From Bacteroides sp. (GTDB lineage: Bacteria; Bacteroidota; Bacteroidia; Bacteroidales; Bacteroidaceae): a DNA stretch of 64,000 bases. This document shows positions 8,996 through 18,725 of the stretch, piece after piece (within the stretch, counting starts at the first letter, position 1; each line of letters opens with the position of its first letter). The notes below the pieces were generated by a model, which saw only the letters and a program-made list of their open reading frames with translations, did not search any database and was not told the DNA's origin. The position numbers and the translations under genes are program-made. The stretch is taken from positions 1,405 to 65,404 of the forward strand of contig DAWCXD010000012.1 of assembly GCA_052357945.1 (NCBI GenBank), written 5' to 3'.

Positions 8996-9460
8996 TTAAA
9001 TTGATATGTTTACTACTTCCAATGCAATTTTGCCTTGTGGAACAGTGATTTCGGCTACATCACCCACCTTCTTGCCAAGCAGACCTTGTGCAATCGGGGT
9101 GTTAACGGAAATCTTTCCTTCCTTCAGGTTAGCTTCACTTTCGGAAACGATGGTATAAGTCATCTTCATACCGTTCTTTACATTCTTCAGTTCCACTTTA
9201 TTTAAAATCTGTACAGAATCTGTTTTCAGTTTAGATTCATCAATGATTTTTGCGTCTGCAATGGTAGCTTTCAATTTGTTGATGCGCATTTCAAGCATAC
9301 CCTGCGCCTCTTTGGCGGCATCGTATTCTGCATTTTCCGACAAGTCTCCTTTATCTCTGGCTTCGGCTATTGCCGCAGAGATCTTCGGGCGTTCCACTGT
9401 TTCCAGTTCCTTCAGTTCCGCCATCAGTTTCTTGTAACCTTCTTCTGACATATAAGCCAT
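8996..9460 (-). CDS. greA: Transcription elongation factor GreA
   Basis: ARDKGDLSENAEYDAAKE, ISVNTPIAQGLLGKKVGD; start re-assigned to MAYMSEE at 9460. Confidence 0.95.
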   Translation of the reverse strand: MAYMSEEGYKKLMAELKELETVERPKISAAIAEARDKGDLSENAEYDAAKEAQGMLEMRINKLKATIADAKIIDESKLKTDSVQILNKVELKNVKNGMKMTYTIVSESEANLKEGKISVNTPIAQGLLGKKVGDVAEITVPQGKIALEVVNISI

Positions 9461-9501
9461 GATGTTTTCCTCCTTTAATTGTTTTAAATGGTCATATAAA
9501 C

Positions 9502-9533
9502 AAAAAAGAATTCCAACATGAGCCATGTTGGAA
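9502..9533 (-). terminator. Terminator-like hairpin inside the greA 5' leader
   Basis: ttccaacatg-gct-catgttggaa then ttctttttt on the minus strand, between the promoter (9556-9563) and the ATG (9460). Confidence 0.7.
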
Positions 9534-9555
9534 CCCTCTTATCATTATTTCTTTG

Positions 9556-9563
9556 CAAAGATA
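9556..9563 (-). promoter_or_regulatory. Bacteroides sigma-A -7 element for greA
   Basis: TATCTTTG on the minus strand (TAnnTTTG consensus). Confidence 0.65.
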
Positions 9564-9641
9564 GACTTTTAAGTGATACGTGTCAAGTGAAAAAAGATGC
9601 TATGTAACATATTTAAATGAAATATGCTAAATTATAACAAC

Positions 9642-10793
9642 TTAGAGCAATGACTTGACAGCTGCTTCCAAATCCTTGATATCTTCGCCACGAAGCTTCA
9701 ATTCGTTGTTACGGTTAATCAAAAAGATAGATGGAACTTGACGAACATTATATACAGCTACGTTGGTAGAATACACTCCGTTTCCATCGCGTACACAAAC
9801 CCAAGGAAGGTTGTCTGCCGCAGTTTTCCAGTAGTGTTCGTCCGCATCGAGAGATACCTGGTATATTTCCAGTCCTTGTTTTGCGTATTCATTATATAGT
9901 TCGCGAAGCATCAGGTTGTGAGGAGATCCGGCAGGCGACTGGAATACAGAGAAATCGAGCAATACGACTTTTCCTTTCAGGTCGGTCAGTTTGCGCACAT
10001 TTCCTTTCACGTCACGCAGGGCGATGTCGATAATTCCGGTTTCCACTATTTTCTCTTGAGGAATCTCCAATGCTTTCGCCTGTGGCTGGCGCGTGTTCTT
10101 CATCCCCTTAATTACAATATTATAAAGGTTCTTTGAACGTACGGCATGAGGGAACGCATTGTTGAGGCTCGTAGCGACAGCAGCGAAACATTTCACATCA
10201 TCTTTATTGTTCAACGGATCGAATATCAGGTAATTATTGAGTTTTTGGAACAGGGCAAAGTAAGCGGCTGCCGTGTTGGGAGCAGCGAAAATATAGTTCA
10301 CTTTGACATCTTCCTTGTAATTGTTGAGCAACGTTGCCAGACTGTCTTCAAACACATCATGCCCCATTCTGTTACTGCGTAAAGCTGCCAGCAAGTCGTC
10401 CACCTCTTTTTGCAGGCGGATCTGCTTCAGCGTCAGCTCTTTTATCTTGTTGCTGTTTTCCGAACCTTCCACCGTGTAAGTTGTGGAGAAATCCACATAC
10501 GGCGCTTTAATCTGAATCGTTTCGATAGAATCTACAGAAAAATTGATGATTTTGTCGTCAATCCGCAAGCGATAAAATTCGGGTGATTCGGGACGAGGCT
10601 GCTTGAAACTGAATGTACCTTCCCCCTTCAGCTTCACTGAATCGAGCGGAACAATACCTTCCAGACCGGAAGCTTCGAGATAAAGCATTTTACCGTCGGC
10701 TCCTGATACATCCCCGTTCACCTGGAATTTAGGACCGGAACTACAAGCAGTAATAGTAAGTGCGGCGAGCGCTGCAAAAGTAACCTTTTTCAT
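9642..10793 (-). CDS. DUF4369 + TlpA/redoxin-fold lipoprotein (lacks CxxC)
   Basis: Lipobox ITAC; C-terminal LTDLKGKVVLLDF...LEIYQVSLD...YNVRQVPSIFLINR thioredoxin-like fold. Confidence 0.8.
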   Translation of the reverse strand: MKKVTFAALAALTITACSSGPKFQVNGDVSGADGKMLYLEASGLEGIVPLDSVKLKGEGTFSFKQPRPESPEFYRLRIDDKIINFSVDSIETIQIKAPYVDFSTTYTVEGSENSNKIKELTLKQIRLQKEVDDLLAALRSNRMGHDVFEDSLATLLNNYKEDVKVNYIFAAPNTAAAYFALFQKLNNYLIFDPLNNKDDVKCFAAVATSLNNAFPHAVRSKNLYNIVIKGMKNTRQPQAKALEIPQEKIVETGIIDIALRDVKGNVRKLTDLKGKVVLLDFSVFQSPAGSPHNLMLRELYNEYAKQGLEIYQVSLDADEHYWKTAADNLPWVCVRDGNGVYSTNVAVYNVRQVPSIFLINRNNELKLRGEDIKDLEAAVKSLL

Positions 10794-10817
10794 ATAGTGT
10801 GTGTTATTAACGAGATG

Positions 10818-10847
10818 CAAATATACTTCTTTTCGAGATTAGTCAAA
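10818..10847 (-). promoter_or_regulatory. Sigma-A promoter of the redoxin-like lipoprotein
   Basis: Minus strand TTTG (10844-10847), 18-nt spacer, TATATTTG (10818-10825). Confidence 0.55.
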
Positions 10848-10942
10848 GCATTTTGCCGGGTTCTTCATCCTAATTTTGAAAAAAAAATCAGTTCACCACT
10901 AACTTTTTACCTCATTTCCACCTGATTACCACGATAAATGTA

Positions 10943-10950
10943 TATCTTTG
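10943..10950 (+). promoter_or_regulatory. Sigma-A -7 element for pnp
   Basis: TATCTTTG 40 bp upstream of the ATG. Confidence 0.6.
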
Positions 10951-10990
10951 CAGGAATTTTGAAAGAAAAAGTATAGATAAAACAATTTTT

Positions 10991-13117
10991 ATGATTAACC
11001 CAATTGTTAAGACAATCGAGTTACCTGATGGAAGAACCATCACACTCGAGACGGGAAAGTTGGCAAAACAGGCAGACGGTTCTGTAATGCTCCGCATGGG
11101 CAACACCATGTTGTTAGCTACTGTTTGTGCCGCTAAAGATGCAGTTCCCGGAACAGATTTTATGCCTTTACAGGTAGAGTACAAAGAAAAATTTGCGGCA
11201 TTCGGCCGTTTCCCTGGTGGTTTCACCAAGCGAGAAGGTAGAGCTTCTGATTATGAGATTCTTACTTGCCGTCTTGTAGACCGTGCTCTCCGTCCTTTAT
11301 TCCCCGATAATTATCACGCAGAGGTATATGTGAACATCATCCTCTTTTCTGCTGATGGTGTGGATATGCCGGATGCATTGGCAGGACTTGCCGCTTCTGC
11401 AGCACTTGCCGTTTCAGATATTCCTTTCAACGGACCGATCTCTGAAGTACGTGTAGCACGTATCGACGGTCAGTTCGTAATCAATCCTACTTTTGAACAA
11501 CTGGAAAAAGCTGACATGGACTTGATGGTAGCCGCTACTTATGAGAACATCATGATGGTAGAAGGTGAAATGCATGAAGTATCTGAAGCTGAATTGCTGG
11601 AAGCAATGAAAGTAGCTCACGAAGCTATCAAGATTCATTGCAAAGCGCAGATGGAGTTGACTGAAGAGGTTGGAAAAACTGTAAAACGCGAATACAACCA
11701 CGAAGTAAACGACGAAGACTTGCGCAAGGCTGTTCGCGAAGCATGTTACGACAAGGCTTACGCAGTTGCCGCTTCCGGAAACAACAACAAACATGAACGT
11801 TTTGCTGCTTTCGAAGCGATCCGCGAAGAATTCAAAGCTCAATTCTCTGAAGAAGAGTTGGACGAAAAGGCTGCATTGATCGACCGTTACTACCACGATG
11901 TAGAAAAAGAAGCCATGCGCCGTTCTATTTTGGACGAAGGTAAGCGTCTGGATGGTCGTAAGACTACTGAAATCCGCCCGATCTGGTGTGAAGTAGGTCC
12001 CCTGCCTGGTCCTCACGGATCTGCTATCTTTACTCGTGGTGAAACACAGTCATTGACTTCTGTTACTCTGGGTACAAAACTGGATGAGAAGATTATCGAC
12101 GATGTTTTGGAACACGGAAAAGAACGTTTCTTGTTACATTATAACTTCCCTCCTTTCTCTACAGGCGAAGCAAAAGCACAACGTGGTGTAGGCCGTCGTG
12201 AAATCGGTCACGGTCACTTGGCTTGGCGTGCTTTGAAAGGACAGATTCCTGCTAACTATCCGTATGTAGTACGTGTGGTTTCAGATATCCTCGAATCTAA
12301 CGGTTCTTCTTCTATGGCTACCGTATGTGCCGGCACATTGGCATTGATGGATGCAGGTGTGAAGATCAAGAAACCGGTATCGGGTATCGCTATGGGATTG
12401 ATTAAGAATCCGGGCGAAGAAAAATATGCTGTATTGTCTGATATTCTGGGTGACGAAGACCACTTGGGAGATATGGACTTCAAGGTGACCGGAACAAAAG
12501 ACGGTATCACTGCTACACAGATGGATATCAAGGTAGACGGTCTGTCTTACGAAATTCTGGAACGTGCTTTGAATCAGGCAAAAGAAGGACGTATGCACAT
12601 TCTGGGTAAGATTACTGAAACAATCGCTGAACCACGTGCCGACCTGAAAGAACATGCTCCACGCATTGAAACGATGACCATTCCTAAAGAATTTATCGGT
12701 GCTGTAATCGGCCCTGGTGGAAAGATCATCCAAGGTATGCAGGAAGAAACCGGTGCTGTGATTACTATTGAAGAAATTGATGGTATGGGACGCATCGAAG
12801 TTTCCGGAACAAACAAAAAATGTATTGATAATGCAATGCGCATGATTAAAGCAATCGTTGCTGTTCCTGAAGTGGGCGAAGTTTATAAAGGTAAAGTTCG
12901 TTCTATTATGCCTTACGGTGCATTCATCGAATTCTTGCCGGGCAAGGATGGTTTGCTGCACATCTCTGAAATTGATTGGAAGCGTCTGGAAACAGTAGAA
13001 GAAGCCGGTATTAAAGAAGGTGATGAAATCGAGGTAAAACTGATTGATGTTGACCAGAAAACTGGTAAATTCAAACTTTCAAGAAAAGTGTTGTTGCCAA
13101 GACCAGAAAAGAAATAA
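10991..13117 (+). CDS. pnp: Polyribonucleotide nucleotidyltransferase (PNPase)
   Basis: [51 protein letters not shown] and S1 domains. Confidence 0.98.
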   Translation: MINPIVKTIELPDGRTITLETGKLAKQADGSVMLRMGNTMLLATVCAAKDAVPGTDFMPLQVEYKEKFAAFGRFPGGFTKREGRASDYEILTCRLVDRALRPLFPDNYHAEVYVNIILFSADGVDMPDALAGLAASAALAVSDIPFNGPISEVRVARIDGQFVINPTFEQLEKADMDLMVAATYENIMMVEGEMHEVSEAELLEAMKVAHEAIKIHCKAQMELTEEVGKTVKREYNHEVNDEDLRKAVREACYDKAYAVAASGNNNKHERFAAFEAIREEFKAQFSEEELDEKAALIDRYYHDVEKEAMRRSILDEGKRLDGRKTTEIRPIWCEVGPLPGPHGSAIFTRGETQSLTSVTLGTKLDEKIIDDVLEHGKERFLLHYNFPPFSTGEAKAQRGVGRREIGHGHLAWRALKGQIPANYPYVVRVVSDILESNGSSSMATVCAGTLALMDAGVKIKKPVSGIAMGLIKNPGEEKYAVLSDILGDEDHLGDMDFKVTGTKDGITATQMDIKVDGLSYEILERALNQAKEGRMHILGKITETIAEPRADLKEHAPRIETMTIPKEFIGAVIGPGGKIIQGMQEETGAVITIEEIDGMGRIEVSGTNKKCIDNAMRMIKAIVAVPEVGEVYKGKVRSIMPYGAFIEFLPGKDGLLHISEIDWKRLETVEEAGIKEGDEIEVKLIDVDQKTGKFKLSRKVLLPRPEKK

Positions 13118-13142
13118 GAACGCGATAGCGTCTATATATAAT

Positions 13143-13178
13143 GAAGGCTGTTTCAATTTTGAAATAGCCTTCTTTTTT
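13143..13178 (+). terminator. pnp intrinsic terminator
   Basis: gaaggctgtttcaa-tt-ttgaaatagccttc followed by tttttt. Confidence 0.85.
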
Positions 13179-13291
13179 ATTAGTATCATCCGGGGTTGAA
13201 CTGTTTTATATATAGAGTTAGTGTATATTAGATTTATCCAGTTAATTAAAACCCTTAAAAAGATGAAAGACACCTTGTTGTATCCTCCCCC

Positions 13292-13371
13292 AAAAAAGAA
13301 TCGGAAAGTACCCCCATACTTCCCGATTCGAAACAGTCAAAAATCGACCTTAATCAATTTATTAACTTAAC
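13292..13371 (-). ncRNA. Candidate intergenic small RNA (~80 nt)
   Basis: TATCTTTG -7 element at 13378-13385 and a terminator gaatcgggaagta/tactttccgattc + U6 at 13292-13329 on the same strand, with no ORF between. Confidence 0.55.
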
Positions 13372-13468
13372 ACGTCGCAAAGATATGAGAAAAATTTCTT
13401 TGAAAGAGCTTTTTTATTTAAAAAGTTTATGATACAGGCAAATATACCTGTTAATAAGGTCGTTTTTC

Positions 13469-13549
13469 TTGCTTTAAAACCAAAGCTTCACTCCTTTTAA
13501 AGGAACGACCCCTTCCTTTAAAAGGAAGAGGCCGTTGGTTCTAAAGAAA
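13469..13549. repeat. Four palindromic units at a 22-bp period (TTCCTTTAAAAGGAA-like)
   Basis: Units at 13469, 13491, 13513, 13535; units 1/4 and 2/3 are near reverse complements. Confidence 0.75.
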
Positions 13550-13608
13550 TCTAGTGGGGTGTTTATATAGAAATTTGGATTAATGATTTTTCAATTATAT
13601 AAATCCGT

Positions 13609-13872
13609 TTACACGTTTGTTTTATACTCCTCTTTTATTCGTTTTATGTGTGCAAAGTTCTTTTCCAGTAATTCATTTAGCTCATCATCCGAAAAACATT
13701 CTCCTAAATAGATCGTGCTTTCTGTTTCAAAATCAAATGATTCGTCGTCTTCATTCACAACAATTTCAATTTTTCCTTGCGCATCTGTAGAGATCACCGC
13801 ATTGTATTTAGTCATCAATTCTTTGAGCCCTTTTATGAACCTGTATTCTTTATTTGTCAATATTCTTTTCAT
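13609..13872 (-). CDS. Hypothetical small protein (87 aa)
   Basis: ATG start, plausible composition, not overlapping a stronger gene; divergent from the XRE gene. Confidence 0.6.
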   Translation of the reverse strand: MKRILTNKEYRFIKGLKELMTKYNAVISTDAQGKIEIVVNEDDESFDFETESTIYLGECFSDDELNELLEKNFAHIKRIKEEYKTNV

Positions 13873-14024
13873 GTCCGTAAGCTCTTTTGTTTTGTTGCCC
13901 TTTTGTGTGGTAAAGTTCGTGATAATTTAACACATTATACGCTGTTTGAAGTATTCATTTTATTCTATTTGTCAGGTTGTAATATTCCTTTTATCCATAT
14001 TATCACATCTATTCGTTTTTTTCG

Positions 14025-14032
14025 TATATTTG
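14025..14032 (+). promoter_or_regulatory. Sigma-A -7 element for the XRE-AAA unit
   Basis: TATATTTG 60 bp before the ATG at 14092. Confidence 0.5.
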
Positions 14033-14091
14033 CTTCGAGCGAAACTTTTCATTTGTATATTTGTTGGATTTTAAAAAGAAAGAAAATAAAA

Positions 14092-14565
14092 ATGGAAACA
14101 GAAGAATTGACAATTGGGAGAGTCCATCACGGACGCAATATACGTCGTACCCGTATTGAAAAGGATATGAACCAGGAGGGTTTGAGTGAATTAGTACATC
14201 TCTCACAACCTGCTGTTTCTAAATATGAGAAGATGAAAGTGATTGACGATGAGATGTTGCAACGCTTTGCACGTGCATTGAATGTCCCTTTCGATTATCT
14301 CAAGACTTTGGAGGAGGATGCACAGACGGTGGTGTTTGAAAATAATACGGTGAATAATTCAGAACAAAGTGCAGGTGGGGCAAACATCAGCATGGGTATA
14401 GTTAAGTCTGATACCGAAGATAGTATTAATGATGGTCGAGTTAACAACTTCAATCCTATCGACAAAATCACTGAACTCTACGAGCGTCTTTTAAAAGAAA
14501 AGGATGAAAAGTATGCAGCGTTAGAACGCCGTTTGCAGAATATTGAAAAAAGTCTGCAGAAATAA
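14092..14565 (+). CDS. XRE-family HTH transcriptional regulator with a C-terminal coiled coil
   Basis: HHGRNIRRTRIEKDMNQEGLSELVHLSQPAVSKYE HTH; PIDKITELYERLLKEKDEK tail; start re-assigned to METEELT. Confidence 0.9.
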   Translation: METEELTIGRVHHGRNIRRTRIEKDMNQEGLSELVHLSQPAVSKYEKMKVIDDEMLQRFARALNVPFDYLKTLEEDAQTVVFENNTVNNSEQSAGGANISMGIVKSDTEDSINDGRVNNFNPIDKITELYERLLKEKDEKYAALERRLQNIEKSLQK

Positions 14566-14594
14566 GGGACAGATAAATTGAAAGGAATCGCAAT

Positions 14595-16352
14595 ATGATG
14601 AAACAAATACCTTACGGAATAACTGATTTTGAAGCAATAATCAAAGATAATTTCTATTATGTAGATAAAACGATGTTTATTGAGAAAATAGAAATGCAGC
14701 CGCGTTATCTATTTTTGATACGTCCCCGTAGATTTGGTAAGAGCCTAACTTTAGCAATGTTGGAAGCCTATTATGACATAAATCATGCTGAACAGTTTGA
14801 CGAGTTGTTTGGTCAACTATACATAGGTCAGCATCCGACGAAGCTCCACAATCAGTTTCTCATTATGCGGTTTAATTTCTCGGAAGTGAGTTCCAATGTC
14901 AACGAAGTAGAGTTGTCGTTTAAACTGCATTGTTGTAGCAAACTTAAAGATTTTGTCTTTAAGTATGAAGATTTGTTAGGAAAAGAAATTTGGGATGTTC
15001 TTGATGAGAAAATACAAGAAGAACCCGGTGCTTTTCTGTCTGCGATTAATTCCTATGCTACCCGTAAGAAAAATATTCGTATTTATTTACTCATTGATGA
15101 ATATGATAATTTCACCAATACCATTCTTTCAACTTACGGTACGGAGTTTTACAGGAAAGCAACGCATGGCGAAGGTTTTATTCGTGGCTTCTTTAACGTG
15201 ATAAAATCCGCTACTACCGGAACCGGAGCTGCTCTTGAACGGTTGTTTATTACCGGAGTGAGTCCGGTGACGATGGATGATGTGACTAGTGGCTTTAATA
15301 TCGGGACCAATATAACGACTGATCCTTGGTTTAATGATTTAGTGGGTTTTAGTGAGAAAGAATTGCGTGAAATGCTGACTTATTATAAAGAGCAAGGAGT
15401 ATTGACGCAATCTGTAGATGAAACTGTTGTCATGATGAAACCTAATTATGACAATTATTGCTTTAGTAGAAGTCGATTGGCGGACTGTATGTTTAACTCT
15501 GATATGGTACTTTATTTTATGAAGTCTTTTGTTTTGCATGGGGAAAAGCCTGAAGAAATCGTAGACCCCAATATTCGTACTGACTTTAATAAATTGACCT
15601 ACCTGATAAAGCTAGATCACGGATTGGGGGAGAATTTTTCCGTTATAAAGGAAATAGCCGAGCAAGGAGAAATCACTACTGACATCGTTACTCATTTCTC
15701 TGCATTGGAGATGACGGACCCCAGTAATTTCAAGTCTTTATTATTCTATTTCGGACTTCTTTCCATCAAAGGTGTGGACATGGTTGGAAGACCCATCCTG
15801 CATGTACCGAATTTAGTAGTAAGAGAGCAGCTATTTAATTTCTTGATACAAGGCTACATCAAGCATGATATCTTTAAAATTGACATGAACAAGATGAATG
15901 CTTTATTTGAGAATATGGCTTTCAGGGGAGACTGGAAACCTTTGTTCGATTTTATCGCCAATGCTGTTCGTGAGCAAAGCCGTATCCGTGAATATATTGA
16001 AGGTGAAGCGCACATTAAAGGCTTCTTGCTTGCCTATTTAGGAATGTATCGTTATTATCAGCTCTATCCGGAATACGAATTGAATAAAGGCTTTGCAGAT
16101 TTCTTCTTCAAACCTAGTCCGTCGGTTCCCGTATTGCCTCCTTTCACCTATTTGCTTGAGGTGAAATATGCAAAAGCCGGTGCTTCGGAAAAAGAAATAC
16201 GTACCCTTGCCGATGAGGCACGTGGTCAGTTGCTTCGTTATAGTGAAGACGAACTAGTGGCAGAAGCCAAGGCGAAAGGTGAGCTGAAGTTAATTACTAT
16301 TGTTTGGCGTAGTTGGGAGCTTGTTCTATTGGAGGAGGTAACTCTTTCTTAA
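14595..16352 (+). CDS. AAA-ATPase-like domain + PD-(D/E)XK nuclease protein
   Basis: YYVDKT, RPRRFGKS (Walker A), LLIDEYD (Walker B), C-terminal GFADFFF...LLEVKY. Confidence 0.9.
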   Translation: MMKQIPYGITDFEAIIKDNFYYVDKTMFIEKIEMQPRYLFLIRPRRFGKSLTLAMLEAYYDINHAEQFDELFGQLYIGQHPTKLHNQFLIMRFNFSEVSSNVNEVELSFKLHCCSKLKDFVFKYEDLLGKEIWDVLDEKIQEEPGAFLSAINSYATRKKNIRIYLLIDEYDNFTNTILSTYGTEFYRKATHGEGFIRGFFNVIKSATTGTGAALERLFITGVSPVTMDDVTSGFNIGTNITTDPWFNDLVGFSEKELREMLTYYKEQGVLTQSVDETVVMMKPNYDNYCFSRSRLADCMFNSDMVLYFMKSFVLHGEKPEEIVDPNIRTDFNKLTYLIKLDHGLGENFSVIKEIAEQGEITTDIVTHFSALEMTDPSNFKSLLFYFGLLSIKGVDMVGRPILHVPNLVVREQLFNFLIQGYIKHDIFKIDMNKMNALFENMAFRGDWKPLFDFIANAVREQSRIREYIEGEAHIKGFLLAYLGMYRYYQLYPEYELNKGFADFFFKPSPSVPVLPPFTYLLEVKYAKAGASEKEIRTLADEARGQLLRYSEDELVAEAKAKGELKLITIVWRSWELVLLEEVTLS

Positions 16353-16499
16353 GAAATAAGTACCATAAATGTTACTGCAAGGTTTGCGGTTCATCCATCT
16401 CACCTAATTCTTGAAATGCTGATAAATAAGGAGATAGCAGGTAAAAGTGTGGAGTAAAATAAGGTGAAACCGATGGAATCAATAGATCAATAGTTTATG

Positions 16500-17561
16500 T
16501 TACTTATAAACTTGTATCGGCAATTCTCCTTTCAATGCTCCTATGGCATTAAAAGCTAACGACTCCATTTCATTCTCTCCCGGATAAACATAGATGGGAG
16601 CCAGGAAAGAGATTCTTTTTTTCAGTCTTGAAACCACATAGTCCGAATAAGCGATCCCTCCTGTCAGGAGGATAGCATCTACTTTCCCGCAAAGTACAGT
16701 AGCACTGGCGCCTATCGCTTTTGCAACATTATAAATCATGGCGTCCAGTATTAATTTCGCTTTTTTATCTCCTTCTTCTATCGATTGGATGATGGCAGGC
16801 ACATCGGTGGTGCCTAGATGGGCAGTCAGTCCGGCACGTCCGGAGATACGTTTTTTCAATTCGTCCTTGGTATGCTGGCCGCTAAAGCAAAGGTCGATCA
16901 GTTGACCGGCAGGAAGTGTGCCAGCGCGTTCCGGTGAGAAAGGGCCTTCACCGTCTAACGCATTATTGGCGTCGATGGCTCGTCCGTGGTGATGGACTGC
17001 GACAGAAATGCCTCCTCCTAAATGGCAGATGATTAAATCCAACTCTTCGTATTGCGTCCCTTGCTCTTTGGCGAAACGCCGTGCGATTGCTTTTTGGTTC
17101 AAGGCGTGCCAGATGGTAATTTTCGGCATTAACGGAGAACCTGTAATGCGGGCTATATCTTCCAGTTCATCCACCACTCCCGGATCAGCAATGAAAGCCG
17201 GACAGCCGGGTAATGTAGAAGCCAGTTCGCTGGCAATCAACCCTCCTAAGTTACAGGCATGGGTACGCATGGCATGTACGGTATCACGTTTCATGGCCTC
17301 ATTTACCTCATACACTCCGCCCGGTATCGGTTTTACTAAACCGCCGCGTCCGATGATTGCGTCAAAAGAAAAAGGTATCTTATTGTTTTCCAGTTCTTGT
17401 AACACCAGGTTTTTCCGGAATTCAAACTGGTCTATCACCTCGGGAAAAGCGGATAGTTCTTCTACAGAATGTTTTATATTACTGACAAACAGCGGAGTTT
17501 TATTTTCGTAAACTGCTATTTTAGTAGAAGTAGAACCAGGGTTGATAACCAGAATTTTCAT
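16500..17561 (-). CDS. buk: Butyrate kinase
   Basis: MKILVINPGSTSTKIAVY, HALNQKAIAR, HLGGGISV, GPFSPERAG; start re-assigned to 17561. Confidence 0.95.
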   Translation of the reverse strand: MKILVINPGSTSTKIAVYENKTPLFVSNIKHSVEELSAFPEVIDQFEFRKNLVLQELENNKIPFSFDAIIGRGGLVKPIPGGVYEVNEAMKRDTVHAMRTHACNLGGLIASELASTLPGCPAFIADPGVVDELEDIARITGSPLMPKITIWHALNQKAIARRFAKEQGTQYEELDLIICHLGGGISVAVHHHGRAIDANNALDGEGPFSPERAGTLPAGQLIDLCFSGQHTKDELKKRISGRAGLTAHLGTTDVPAIIQSIEEGDKKAKLILDAMIYNVAKAIGASATVLCGKVDAILLTGGIAYSDYVVSRLKKRISFLAPIYVYPGENEMESLAFNAIGALKGELPIQVYK

Positions 17562-17586
17562 GAATAGTAGGCTTTTAGTGGTGAAT

Positions 17587-18546
17587 TTAAAATGATGAGC
17601 CGGTGACTTGGCTGACTTGTTTTCTGCATTTGCAATCTCCTGACACTTGTAAGCATGCCATTGCAATGCTGTAATATTTGGACAAGCCGGAATCACTACG
17701 CGATGGAAGTACTACAGGGCAAATAGGACCTTGCAGCAATCCTGCCATTTCTGCCTGTGCAAACAGGGAGACGGATTTGTAGAATGCATTACCCGATTCA
17801 ATGTTCGGGAATATCAAGACATCTGCCTGTCCGTTGATAGGAGATACAATCCCTTTAATATCACCACTTGCTTGTTCGCAGGCAGTACGTACATCCAGCG
17901 GACCGTCAATAATTACATTTCCGAATTCTCCTGCTTCGGCAAGTTCTACGATATTCACATAATCTAGTGAGTGCGGGAACTTGGCACTCACTTTTTCTGT
18001 ACAGTGAATCAATGCGACACGTGGTTGTTCGATACCAAAGTGACGGCAGGTGCAGATAGCATACCAAATCATTTCTATACGTTGCTGTAAAGTAGGACGC
18101 GGAATGACGGCGGCATCCGAGAAGAAAAGCAGTTTATGGTAAGTAGGAATTTCCATTACTGCCAGATGCGTGAGGATTTTCCCTTTCGGTAACAAACCTT
18201 TTTCTTTGTCGAGTATGGCATGCAGTAAGTTGTCCGTATTGATAATCCCTTTCATCAAAATATCCGCTCCTCCTTCACGGACAATGCGGACAGCTTCGCG
18301 CGCCGCTTCATCCGGATTTTCTATATGGATGGTTTTTACGTATTCAGGATATTGTTTGAGCGTGGGATATTTCTTCAGAATGGTAGAATCTCCAATCATC
18401 AGAAATTCTGCAATCCCTTCTTCCAAAGCACGGGAGATGGCATATTCAGTGTTAGGATCGTTCGCACAGACCACGGCAATTCGTTTTCTATGGTTTTGTT
18501 TTTTAAGATGAGCCGTTAACTGGGCAAAATTTAGAATAGGTTCCAT
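17587..18546 (-). CDS. ptb: Phosphate butyryl/acetyltransferase family protein
   Basis: ADILMKG, IIDGPLD, ADVLIFPNIESGN, VVLPSRSDS; operonic with buk. Confidence 0.85.
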   Translation of the reverse strand: MEPILNFAQLTAHLKKQNHRKRIAVVCANDPNTEYAISRALEEGIAEFLMIGDSTILKKYPTLKQYPEYVKTIHIENPDEAAREAVRIVREGGADILMKGIINTDNLLHAILDKEKGLLPKGKILTHLAVMEIPTYHKLLFFSDAAVIPRPTLQQRIEMIWYAICTCRHFGIEQPRVALIHCTEKVSAKFPHSLDYVNIVELAEAGEFGNVIIDGPLDVRTACEQASGDIKGIVSPINGQADVLIFPNIESGNAFYKSVSLFAQAEMAGLLQGPICPVVLPSRSDSGLSKYYSIAMACLQVSGDCKCRKQVSQVTGSSF

Positions 18547-18725
18547 AACGTTAGATTTTTAGCAAATATCAGAAAAATGATTGAAAAAATAATGATTATA
18601 ACCCGAAAAATTACATCCATTATGTAACATTTTGCTATATTTTATTTGTTTTGGCTGTTGGATGTGCATGGAACCGTTTTTTCCTGTATTTTTGCAAATA
18701 AATCCCCCAATAAAATAAAAGTACC

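Noticed and set aside
12281..12961. Long antisense ORFs (also 20754-21446, 46069-46707, 47800-48555, 49377-50135 and many shorter ones)
   Set aside because: They lie wholly opposite well-supported genes, have no recognisable motifs, and are typical shadow ORFs.
13777..14091. N-terminal extensions in the ORF track (XRE, greA, buk, LD-carboxypeptidase, histidine kinase, rubredoxin, lyase D)
   Set aside because: They overlap promoters or neighbouring genes; family homology begins at downstream ATGs.
16390..16480. Weak inverted repeat after the AAA-nuclease gene (tccatc-tcacct ... aggtga-gatgga)
   Set aside because: Arms are short and interrupted; not enough to call a terminator or MITE.
9601..18630. 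TATGTAACAT seen at 9601 and 18621 in two upstream regions
   Set aside because: A 10-bp AT-rich word in only two places with unrelated downstream genes; could be chance.
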